DNA from: Eledone cirrhosa
Lineage: Eukaryota
NCBI GenBank assembly: GCA_964016885.1
Contig: OZ024741.1
Location: 302,126,001-302,190,000, forward strand
Direction: 5' to 3'
DNA: 64,000 nucleotides
The position numbers and the translations under genes were made by a program. Numbering within the stretch: position 1 is the first letter of the stretch; each line of letters opens with the position of its first letter. Of this stretch, positions 48,051 through 59,960 are shown in pieces. The notes beneath the pieces were generated by a model. The model searched no databases and was not told where the DNA came from. It saw only the letters and a program-made list of their open reading frames with translations.

Positions 48051-48883
48051 ACCTACTGTGTCCCTAACAATGCTGCTACCAGCATGATATCAGAAAAACA
48101 AAATTCGTTGAGATTCCGTACATCAGTAATTATTCCTACCCGGGATAGTTCAGCTGTTGACTGTCACATTGCCTCTTCTGGGTAGAAGTTGACACAAGGT
48201 AACCCTGCCGCACACCCTTCCAGATGGTATTAGTAATAAACTACAAAAATTGTCAGATTCAGAGATAATGTTGGCAAAAGCACGTATTTTCCGTTATCAG
48301 AAATTGAATATATGTCTCGTCATATCTAATTAACAGATTTGATGATGAGATTGGACAAGATACGCGTACCAATTCTGATAATCGAGAAGACATACTTCTC
48401 CCAATAATATCTATGAAACAGGCATTTTAAAAAAATGTATTAACTTATACTATATATTAATATATATAAATTACCTTTATGTTTATATAAAGAACACCTC
48501 ATTCTTTCGTAATAGGAATTACTCTCATATACCTGGAATCGCTAGATCAAAAAGAGAAACTGTTTTGAGAAGCCAGTAGTATCAGAGAAACTTCAAACGG
48601 CCCAAATGTATATACATATATCATCATCGTTTAACGTCCATTTCCTACGCTAGCATGGGTAGGACGTGCTGTCCAGTTGTGATATATATATATATATATG
48701 CATATATAATCTGTGTGTGAAATATATATCCACGAACTGCTATAATTATTGTAGCAGTGCCATTGACAATGCACGTGGAATTCACTTCTGACTTAGACAT
48801 CTCTTTGTTACTATTGATGAAAACCATCGTCCTAACTTTGTTAATTATCGTTATACAATAAGGGTAATTGGTAAGATTTTTTA

Positions 48884-48924
48884 AAGCCTATACTGTGCAG
48901 TTTTAAACTGCACAGTATAGGCTT
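48884..48924. repeat. Perfect palindrome with 20-bp arms
   Basis: aagcctatactgtgcagttt-t-aaactgcacagtataggctt. Confidence 0.9.
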
Positions 48925-49149
48925 AAAAAATAAATGATTTTCTAATTTGGTGTGAGTATATAACGTTTATTTATTAAATTCTTTAAATGCTTCCTATCTC
49001 TATTTTTTTAGCTTGTTTTATTTTATGTTACAAGATATTAGGGTATTGCTGTCTCCACAACATTGTCATTTAAGCGTACACTCTGATAATATTTTTTCGC
49101 ACCTACTTCCTTGAGCTCTTATGGTGTAATGAGGTCGAAATTCCAGTTA

Positions 49150-49180
<31 letters not shown>

Positions 49181-49185
49181 CATAT

Positions 49186-49302
49186 CATTAATAACTGCAT
49201 TGTTGTTTCTTTCTAAGGGCTATGTTGAAAATAAACCTCATTTGGTCATTCCACGAGAGTATCTTAGTCAGCCTATGAACTACTTTTCAGTCAACCCTCA
49301 TA
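49186..49302 (+). mobile_element. Internally deleted derivative of the intron-8 mariner family
   Basis: Left-end motif ttaataactgcat fused to the right end ...agtcagcctatgaac...caaccctca-TA. Confidence 0.7.
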
Positions 49303-50661
49303 CTATGTTTATATATGTACCTACACACATTGACGCATATAATAGTCTCACAAGCTTAGTTTCCTATTAGCGAAGTATTGAATTATAAACACTTAATACC
49401 ATTCACTATTACACACGTGCATGCAAGCAAAATGGAATATACACACGTATTATCACTCACTTGTTTATCTAAGTGGTCAACATTGTTAATGTTACCTTAT
49501 AAGTTTTCACATCTATATTGTAAGTAAATGTACACACACACCGACAACATTCAGATCCTCTCCACCAAACTATTTCTATTTTTTAAAAGTTTATTTCACA
49601 CCATCCATATCTTTGTATATTGGTTTCTCTGACACCTTAGTAAATATTCATGGTCATAGTGTTAATATACATAACATACTCTCCTCCTCTTCTTTCTCTC
49701 CCATCTCTACACTCTCTATCACTATAGGTTTCATACTTACTATGCTTATCAATTATTCACACATGTAGACACACACACGTGTGTTAGTATAGTACCGGTA
49801 AAAAATGACGGGGTTTATGGTAAAAACATTTAAATTATAATTCTTTGATTACAACATTCTATGTAAAGATGCTCGAATTGTCAAGTTTCCTTTTGTGTAT
49901 CTTCAGACTGATATTAGGATTTGTGTTTTGTTGTCCGAAGATAGATACATTGATAATTGTTTCTACTTTTGGCACAAGGCCATCAATTATCACAGTGTAT
50001 TACTGGTACTTTATTTTATCGACCCCGTAAGGATGAAAGGCAAAGTTAACCTCGGCGGGATTATGACAGACAGACAGATTGACAGTTAGGTGGACAGATA
50101 GATACATAGGTAGGTAGCCAAATTGATAAAGCAATAGACAAACAAAGTAAGTTAGATAGGTAGTTTGATAAATAGATTTTTTAAGCATTTAGGTAGAGAC
50201 GGACAGACAGATCGAGTTTGTTGTTTATTGTCGAAAGATAATATGTATGAATAAATAATGTCTGTCTGTATACTACTCATTTGAACATACACTTACACAT
50301 AATATCAACACAAATACACATACACACTCCATTTTGTCTTCTTTACACTCTTCATTTTCGATTTTTTTTCTTCTTTACTTGGACCTCCTTTATTTCTGTC
50401 TCTCCTTTTTGACCATGTCTCTATTTTGTACTCCTGAAGAAGGGCTTAGGCCCAACACCTCGAAATTTATTTCCTCTTTTCCATATAAAGCGTGAAACTA
50501 ATAAGACTTTTGTACCTCTGTTGTCGAAATACCAGGACTTATCAAACAATTATTTTTTTAAAGCTTGTTGTGTTCGAGACGTTTAGTGGAGTTGGACCGC
50601 TGACAGCGAAGTTCTTGTCTTATCTAAGTTGTCAGCACTGCTAATGTTACCTTATAAGTAA

Positions 50662-50737
50662 GCCCATTCACTAGCAATACGTTAAATACTGCATTTCATC
50701 AGAAATGCAGTATTTAACGTATTGCTAGTGAATGGGC
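50662..50737. repeat. Perfect hairpin with 36-bp arms and a 4-nt loop
   Basis: gcccattcactagcaatacgttaaatactgcatttc-atca-exact reverse complement. Confidence 0.92.
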
Positions 50738-51383
50738 ATAGTAATAATATTAATATGCAACCAGCACTCGTAGACTGATACTGTATAGAAACATGTGTTA
50801 AAGAATACATTTTGATTAAATTCTTCACTTCTAATCTATACTTGACGCCTAGTCGTTTGTTTTCCCTATATTTAAATATATTGTTTCTAAGTGATCTTCC
50901 ACCTGGATACTGTACTTTGTTCTCTCTTTTTGGACTATTACCGTACCTCATACAATGACAATGCCGAGAAAAATACTTTGGTAAGCAGTCTTACTTGCTT
51001 ATTTTTGTTTGTACACTGACCTGCACAAGCAAATTTTATCCGTACATATCTTCATATATATATATGTGTGTGTGTTGACAAAGTGCCAAAAGTAGAAACA
51101 ATTATATATATATATATATATATATATATCCGGGAGACTCCAACCGTGAAGGTTGCATTTTTCAGGGTATGTCAATATTTATTTATAAAACTAATCTATA
51201 TTATATTTTATCTGATGAAATGCACCATAATCTGCCTTGGTGGCCCTTGAAATATGTATAATGAAATAAATATGGTTTTATAAATATAGTTTCCATTTGT
51301 TAATATATTGTATATATATATATATATATATATAATTTGTTTTGCAAGGTTTTTTATATGAAATCGTGTGTCGAAACAAATAT

Positions 51384-51557
51384 TGTTATACTTGGGGAGG
51401 GTCATATTGTAATAATATTGCTAGAAATAATAACAGAACACACTCACTGTTTGGTTGGTTTTCGCTTCTGTATCTTTTATATCTCCATAGTTAATTCATT
51501 ATTATTTCTAGCAATAGAAATAATATTACAAGAATATGACCCTCCCCAAGTATAACA
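51384..51557. mobile_element. TGT...ACA MITE with about 50-bp TIRs (possibly Ginger-type)
   Basis: TGTTATACTTGGGGAGGGTCATATT / AATATGACCCTCCCCAAGTATAACA; single ends also at 27691 and 62911. Confidence 0.7.
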
Positions 51558-51789
51558 TTATATATATATATATATATATATATATAATGTTACCCAAACC
51601 CGAGTCTGTGCTAATCACTACTTAGGCTTTAATTTGACCTAATAGTTTCTCTTAATTGTAATTCATACCTGTTTGAAACTACACTCATCACACACACAAT
51701 CATCATCATCATCACCACCATCACCGTTTAATATTCATTTTCCACACTAGCATGGGTTAGACTAATATATAGAAATATATATATATATT

Positions 51790-52500
51790 ATCATTTTTAC
51801 ATCCCCCTTTCCATGGTTGCATGGGTTAAACTAGTCACTCTAGCACAGCATTCCTCCACTTATCATATCCTCTGGAAGTTCAGCATTCTGAGATCAGCTC
51901 TCACCATTTCTGTCCAGATTTTCCATGTTCTTGCTCTGCTTCACCTAACAATCATCATCCCTATGTATCATATGTTTATCTATCTATCTTCTCTCTCGCA
52001 TTCAGTTTTCCCTTCATCTTTCATACATTACACATCCAGTGGAGCATAATAGTCTTGTTTCTGTCTAACCATTGTACATCCTCTGCAACAATACCCATGT
52101 CTCATTATCATGCAATATTGCATTTCATACACAGGCATTATATGAGCTATCCTTCATTTGGAAACAGAATCCCTTTGTTGCCAACAGAGGTAGAGTGGTG
52201 CCTTGAACTTTTTCCACCCCATTCTTAATCTGGCTACTATGCTTTCAGAGCACTCTCCTTCATTACTAATTAGGTCACCTAGGTAACAAGCCATCAACTA
52301 CTTTTATGCAACCAACCTTCTTGGATTGGAAAGAGTTTATTTCACTGTTGCTCTTACTACTAAGTATCTCTTTTCTCTGTTATCCTGTCTGTGATCCTGC
52401 TACATCTTTTGTGCACCTATAGTTTACGCAGGATGCACTGTTTAAAGTTCCTACCTACTCCTTTTCTGTAAATCGAGTTTACTATTTCTCTGATGGGATC
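51790..52500 (-). mobile_element. Old RTE LINE 3' fragment retaining a degenerate PHD finger
   Basis: Minus-strand RKGVGRN..QC..KL*VHKRCSRIT, YLGDLIS and GWKKF. Confidence 0.75.
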
Positions 52501-55500
52501 TGAACAAATATTTGCCAAACTGAGATATATGGCCAGTTATATGAAACATTTAACCCTTCTGTAACCATATTTTTTATGAAAAACACTGATCATGATTTTC
52601 AAATAGTTTTGAAAATAATCGAGAATTTAGAGAGATCTGGTAATACAACTAACTTACTCATTATTAATATTTTATTGATCTCAAAAGGATAAAAGGCATC
52701 GGTATGATTTGAACTCAGAATGTAAAGGGCAAAAAAAAAAAAAAATGGCACAACAAAGTATTTTGTCTGATACTCTAGCATTTATGGCAATCAAATATGA
52801 ATTTCTAACTTTGCCACAAAAACACATTGTTGGGGAAGAATCTAATTGATTTAATTAACATTAGTAATTGACTGCTACTATCAGGTCTTGAATAATGCCC
52901 CCTGCCCCGCTTATTAATTTTTCAGATTTGTTCCAGCCCCATGCTTATTAAATTTGATCATCTATCTTTGGCAACATTTTATTTTAAGTGGTAGCATTCC
53001 TGTGACAATAAATTTTCATTTTCTTCATACATTAAAAAACATTATACATGACCAAAAAAGTACATTACAAGAAACCCCATACTTTATAAAATAAATAGGA
53101 TGGGTTGGAGTCTCAATATGTAAACTAACCAACTAAATCTGGTTTAAAAAAAAAAAAATCAACAGAAACAATCTAGAAAAATTACAGATTTCGCCCTACT
53201 CCTGCCCCCTCCATTATTTGGGACCTGAGAGTACTCATTTTATCAAAACCCAAAAGATAATGCAAGGAAAAAGTCAATATTAGCAGATTTGAACTAAGAA
53301 CATAAGTGTATATAACTAAATTATTCAAATGGCTTTTTGAAAATTTTGATTTCTATGATTTGTAATATTCTTGTCTTATCTCATGATCATTATGTAGACA
53401 AAAACACTGCTAAAGAAAAGTTGTGTTGGAATATCTACAAAGTTTTCATATTTAAAATTTAAGAATGCTATCATCATCATTATCACTGTTTAACATCCAT
53501 TTACCACACTAGCATGGGTTAGATGAGTTGTCCCGTTGTGCGACAAGCCAGATCAGATGACTGCATCTTGCTCATACAGAACTGATTTTGGCTTGGTTTC
53601 TATGGCTGGATGTCCTCCCTAATGACAACCACACTTACAGTGTGGACTGGGTGCTTTTTGTGGTGGCACCAAAATGGCCGCTTTGACTAGCAGCTGTTAT
53701 TTAACTAAAGTAATACTTTACATTACAGCAAGCTCTGTATATACTTACTTTAGTGAAGAGAAATGAGATTAAAAGGTAATTTCTTGAGGTGCGGTAGCCA
53801 CTACTTAGTTACTCAACCCACTATAGAAAGCAGCCAAATATCCCTCAAATTACACCCTACTCTCCCTTTAGCATTTAAACCGGCTGTATCCAGCCAGAAT
53901 TCTCTGTCACCTACTTCTGTTCAAACTGGCTGTAACTGGCCACTCATACAGATGTTAAGGTAGTTCTCAAAATAAATAACATAAAAATCTCATAGTTTTA
54001 ATATTATGTGAGATAAAGCCTTTACTACGAAAATACAATAGTATATAGAGAGTAATGTAAATGCTAAAGAGTTAAATAAAGAAGGATATCTGAGACAATG
54101 TAATCCCTTATGTACAAAAAGAAAACATGGTCTTAGCTTGAATACATTTGAGATTTAAGTTGCCTTGTCTGACTATATGTACACTTGGTTCAATCAAACG
54201 GGAGGAATAAAGTCAGCTTATATTTAGATAATCTTTAGCTTCTGAAAATTAAATCAAATGTTTCAATGTGTGTGTGGTATTCAACTCTGTACCACACACA
54301 TCAACATTCTATTTCTAACTTTTATGATGTCTATCAAACAGGTCATTGTTTAAATTGTACACAAATCTGTGTTAATCCACTTTTATTAATATTAAAATAT
54401 AACTCTGTTGCTGCAAAAAAGATTATTTGCATGTTTATTGAATAGCACACAGTAAGGGAGGGAGAGAGAGTTCTTTTAGTTGTGTAATAAATAAATACTG
54501 GGATATGATTGCATGGTGTTGTCAATTTAACATGTTTAACCCTTTAGCATTTAAACTGGCTGTACCCAGCCAAAATTGTCTCACCTCTTTCTGTTCAAAC
54601 TGGCCACTCATACTGATGTTAAGGTATTGTTCTCAAAATAAATAATATCAAAATCTCATAGATATTATGTGAGATAATTATTTAAGATAAAGCCTTTACC
54701 ATGAAAACACATTAGTAAATATAGAGTAATGTAAAAGCTAGATCCAGCATTTTATCAAGCAACTTAGCAGGAAAACTGGCATTTTAAAACATTTATTCAG
54801 CACTTTTTATTTTAACTTGTAGCCAACCCCTGTTTGTGTAGTTCTAAATCTAATTTTGTGCAGTTAACTTAGATTTTCTGTCAAATACTACATGTGACAT
54901 TTCCATGGAAAATGATGGTTAAAGTCTTAACCCTTTAGCATTTACATTATTTTATATTTACTATTGTATTTTTACAGTAAAGGATTTATTTTACATAATT
55001 AAGAAACAATATTAACTATCCTAAATAATTCAAAGGGCCAGCCTTGTATCACTGAATCTCCCTCATGTTAATTTCATAAGCTGGTTGTTTCATTGTTTAA
55101 ACATCTGGAACAGTTGTCAAAAGAACCAACAGAGGTCTAGCATACATCTAAGATTGACAAAACTGAGATCAGTTGTGAAATTGGTTTTCCAGATTCTTCA
55201 GAATAATAGCTCCATCTAACATGGTACATCTTTTACCTCTCAGCCCTTGTGTGTCAAAGATGTACTGGCATGTTTTAATTTAGTTTAATTAAAGCAAATT
55301 TGATTAAAAAAATATCTCTTTTATTTTATTTTTCACAATTTTATGTAAAAAAGCAAATAATATGCAATCCAGACTTGGAGCAGTACCCCAACTCCCAAAC
55401 AGCGCTAGCACTCAGGGAATTAATTGGAAATGGCTACTTTGTCACAAGTTAGGTTGCTGTTAATAAAACAGAAATAATTTAAAATAAACAAAACATGAAA

Positions 55501-56228
55501 AATAAAAGTCTGAAATAGCTGAAAGTTTATTTTATATTTATTTTATCAATAAAATTCTTAACATTAAATTTAAACATATTTTTTATTTCGTGTTGACAGG
55601 AATTAGAAGAGTTTTTACACAGTAAATTTTAGTTATTTTTACCTTGCTAGTATCTACTAAATAAAGGCATAGCAAGGTCAAATAGTTAAAAAAGATTGCT
55701 TTGGAATCATTAGGCCCTGAGTTTGATCCCTCTGCATGGCATCTTAAGCATGTGTTATTTACTATAGCCTCAGGTGAACCCATATCTTGTGAGTGAAATT
55801 GGGTAGACAAAGGGAGGGGATGGCAAGGACTCCCATGTCACAGAAGAATTAGGAGGGGGAGGGTGATTGGGCTCTGGGCCTAGGGCATGGCGGTATAGGG
55901 GCTGCGCCCCACGGACAAGACCGCATAAGCATTCCTGGGGACACTGGCTAGTTATACCCGCTGCAACAGCCACCCTACCTCACGGGGCTCCTTTCTCAGA
56001 TGGGCCGTCGACGTTCTAATCTTGCGGTGGAGCTCGACTATACGGGTTCAAGTATGCCTGAGGTCTCGACGGTGACCAGTGCGAAACTAGTCCCTAATTT
56101 CTGCCTACTTTAATGCTGTTTTATTTTTGCAGTTAGAGTGTAAAGAATACAATAGAAAGTTTATATTACAATCTCCTACATGCTTCATAAACTTTTTATT
56201 GTACACACATACACACACATATATATAT

Positions 56229-58801
56229 CAGTGGCGAAGGGTAACTTGGAAAGCAGGGCATGCAGTCCAATCGCCATGGCAAATTCATTGCTCACTTTAC
56301 TATAAAATGTATCAGCACCACGCTCTACCTTTAACTTCATCTTCTTCAAAATTGCTCAATCTCTCTTCACTTTTAGAACACCTCATATAATTATTAACCC
56401 GCTTTAATGAAGAAACGATTTCTCACATGAAGCAGATGTAGCAGGTATTGTCAGAATTAGGTGTAATAATTTTGTTACTTCTGCCAGAGCTTGATTGAGT
56501 TCAAGTTCCCGTATTATGTCTGCGAATTTCTGGATGCTTGACGCTTGCTTTGCAAAATCTTCAGCATAAACAGATTTCAGCTTGCATTTCAAGCCATCCA
56601 AACCCAATATGTTTAAATAGATATCCAAAGATGAAAACACTTCCATTGGAAATTTTCTTTCATAGGCATGAAAAAGCTTCGGATTCAACAATTTCACAAA
56701 TCTGAACTCTCTCATTGTTTTAAATCTTTGCTAAACGTGAACAATAACTTCATCCAAAATGTTGTTAAACAAAGTTCTTAAAACAGTTTCTGGTTATCGA
56801 CCACACTTCTCCAGTGGTTCAGCAACACTATCCATAACCTGGCAGTAAAATTCTTCAAACTTGTTGTTCTTGATATCAACCAATTGTTTCTGGAAGTTTT
56901 CAACCTCATGAATTCATCAAGTGAACTTTTTTGAAGGATCAAAAACAGAATTTCTGAACCACTCAATATGATTTCAAAAACTACTAATAGAAATCTAAAC
57001 TGAAAATCTTCTAGGATTGCAACGAATCCCCTTGCCTGTGCTAATTCTGAAGCATTCCTATCCTCTAGATTTTCTAATATCGTTGAAAATAGCTCAGAAA
57101 ACAAAGTAATTTTATTGGATAAAATAGATACCTGTCAAGATGAATAATTCTGTGTCCCAGGTAATTTTGGAAATCACCTTCCAAAGATTTCACCCAATAG
57201 AGCTATTTCAGCCGTTAATTTGGAGAAAAAAAATGAAATTCCTTTTAAAATTTGGAAGAAAATTTGACATTCATAAATACTTGAAGCTGGTTGAGAGAGT
57301 ACCAAATTGAGTGAATGTGCATAACAATGAACAAACATGATGTTCACATCAAAAATCTCCTTTATTCTTGTTTACACTCCGTTCAAATATCCAGTCATCA
57401 TGCTTACTCCATCATAAGTTTGTGCAATTAATTTTATACCACAATTGAATTCATTAACAAATTTCTGAACTTCTGTCAGCGATTGCAGCTCTTCTATGTT
57501 TTCTAACATCGACATATCCCAGAACCTTTCTTGAGGCTTTTCCTTCTCAACAAATTGCAAAACGCGTGATAATTGAGATTTCATTCGAAAATCCGTAGTC
57601 TCATCAAAAACATAGCAACAAATGATGTTCTTTTGATCATTGCCTTAATTTCACATTCAATTGTAGCAACTATACAATTAATGATCTTGTTTTGAATATC
57701 ACTTGAAAGTCCAGAAAATGTACAGTTTGCATTTTTCTTCACAAAATCTAAATGCGATCTAAACTGCTTCACATATAGCCAGAAAATTACCCTTATTGTT
57801 TGATCCTTCTGTTTCATCGTGTCCTTGAAATGATAATTCTTGACAGGCCAAAATTTCAACACAATGAATTAACCTTTTCAATATATCACGCTTTTTCTTA
57901 ACAGTTCTATAATGCAACTGAATCGAAGCTGCTTTCCATTGATCGATCTCTGTATCAATTCGTTGTTGACCAAAGGTTTTCAGAGCAATTATGGAATTCA
58001 GATGGTTCTGAGATTTTTTGTGCCTTGTCAAAGCTGTAATCAAATTGTTTAAATCGCAGTAGCCGGTAGTTGTCAATGTTTTCCTATGGTGAAAAGATAA
58101 CAATTTGTTCTGAATGGGACATCCCGTCATCCACTTGTACTGTTAATAATATTTGGAATCAAAATAACGATAACATTCCTTGCTGCTCACTTTGGTTTTG
58201 GTTTTCAGTTCAAGCTTTGGTTTCTCTCTTCCAAGAATGATAATATTATTTTTCTCTTCACAGCTTCTTATCGCAAAAGATCAAGAAAGTAGAGAGGAAA
58301 CTGAGCTAATTGACTCTTTTGCCATCATGTGGGTAAATGCAAATGTGAAAAATATTACAGGGATATAATTCTTTTAATGAATCGAATCAAAAAGAAAATA
58401 ATAAAAATAGGCGCGCAACTTTTAAAAAAATAATTTGATATATTTAAAATTAAAATTTAAAGCATTGGAATGAATAAATGGATAAAAACTTTACCTATTT
58501 AATCAGGAAAATTTCAACAGTTAGTCCCTAGCGTAAACTAGTCAATAAAAAACTGTGTACTAACCACATGGTTCACAAATAAACCAGAGATATGTTTATT
58601 TATTTATTCTTAGATAGACATAGAGCAAAAAAGAAAAATAGATTTCTTGTTTTCTCTGAATAAACTCCCTTCTCCACTAATGATTCAAAAGTATTGTTTC
58701 ATAAAATAATATTGTGTGTGTGTGTGTGTTTTAGGAAACAAAGAAAATATTGCATGCGTAGCTTGCATGCATGTAGCTTGTTTACAAATTATCCTAAGGG
58801 A

Positions 58802-58847
<46 letters not shown>

Positions 58848-58975
58848 ATAATAATATGGACGAGGTGTTAAATTTTCATTACATTTATTGAGGTGTGACG
58901 CACGTTTCGCGATTGATCTGCTCAAGGTTCGATAACGTATGCACTGCATGCGTTGCATACATGGACTCGTCACCC

Positions 58976-58978
<3 letters not shown>
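56229..58978 (-). mobile_element. Full-length degenerate hAT transposon (ZMYM1/DUF4371-like transposase)
   Basis: Imperfect TIRs CAGTGGCGA...gcatgcagt and reverse-complement CAGGGGTGA...gcatgcagt; 8-bp ATATATAT on both flanks; QELSFQGHDE...NKGNF, SSDIQN, AQTYDG, VHCYAH.LNL and LTIPATSASCEKSF motifs in broken frames. Confidence 0.92.
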
Positions 58979-59024
<46 letters not shown>

Positions 59025-59034
<10 letters not shown>

Positions 59035-59243
59035 TTGAGCGACTTCTGTCCGTCCTTCCGTCACACACTAGTGATGATTGAGGAAGGGGTGATGACGTCA
59101 CGCACTAGAGATGGTTGAGGAAGGACGGGATGATGACGGAACACACTAGAGATGATTGAGGAAAAAAAGGAGTGATGACGTCACGCACTAGAGATGGCTG
59201 AGAAAGAAAGGGGTGATGAGAAACTACAGAAAACAGCATCTAA
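59025..59243 (+). mobile_element. Helitron-like mini-element with four internal tandem units of about 40 bp
   Basis: Shares both ends with 21241-21340; unit cac(a/g)cactagagatg.ttgaggaa...gtgatgacgt. Confidence 0.5.
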
Positions 59244-59249
59244 TATTCA

Positions 59250-59960
59250 CTACACCTGTGTGTACCCATTGACTCCACAGGTCTCTATGGGTTGTCTTGC
59301 TGCCTGAAGAATGCTGGTCATTTCACTCGCCATACCGAGTTCAACTTAATTATTAAGCGTAACTTTGTTCGGGTAAATATCCCCTTAATTCTGGAGCTAG
59401 CTGGATTGTCCAGACTTGATGAGAAGAGACCAGATGGTCTTAGCCTTTGTCCTTAGGTAAGAGGTAGATGTCTCATTTGGGACATTACAGTTAGTAACTC
59501 TTTCGCTCATTCTTACATCCTGGATGCTGTGGTAAATGTAAGGGTCACTGCTTCTGTAACCGAATGGAAAAAATTCCAATATACTAGAAATTATGGGCAC
59601 ATTATTTTTTTCTAGCCTGTGGACTTTGAGACGTTTGGAGGAGCTAATTCGCTCACAAAGAAATTTTTGTCATCGTTGGTGGCTCGCCTTACCGAGGTGT
59701 CAGGTGATGTCTGTGTGGGTGCTTGGTTGTTCTAGTGCCTTAGCCTCGTTACTCCCTGCGGTAATGCTGCTAGCGTGTTGGTTTGCCTCAAAAAACTTTT
59801 TGGAGGCTCTGGTACCCCTTGTGATCGATTGACACACTTAGGGATGAATTAATATCTTCTTTTATTTTGATTCGAAATTTTTATATAAAATATTTATGTA
59901 ATTAAGTAGAGTAGATATTATTTGTGAGTATATTTTCATTTTGTAAAAATTGCAAATAAA
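59250..59960 (+). mobile_element. Degenerate CRE-like RLE retrotransposon 3' portion
   Basis: CCHC-like knuckle, RHTEFN, KRPDGLSLCP*VRGRCLIWDITV, FETFGG and GNAASV in canonical order. Confidence 0.75.

Noticed and set aside
56404-58330. Host ZMYM1-like gene
   Set aside because: Multiple stops and frameshifts, no introns, and TIRs with an 8-bp flank indicate a dead hAT.
59062-59220. Regularly spaced repeats resembling a CRISPR array
   Set aside because: The units are contiguous tandem copies without unique spacers, the context is eukaryotic and there are no cas genes.
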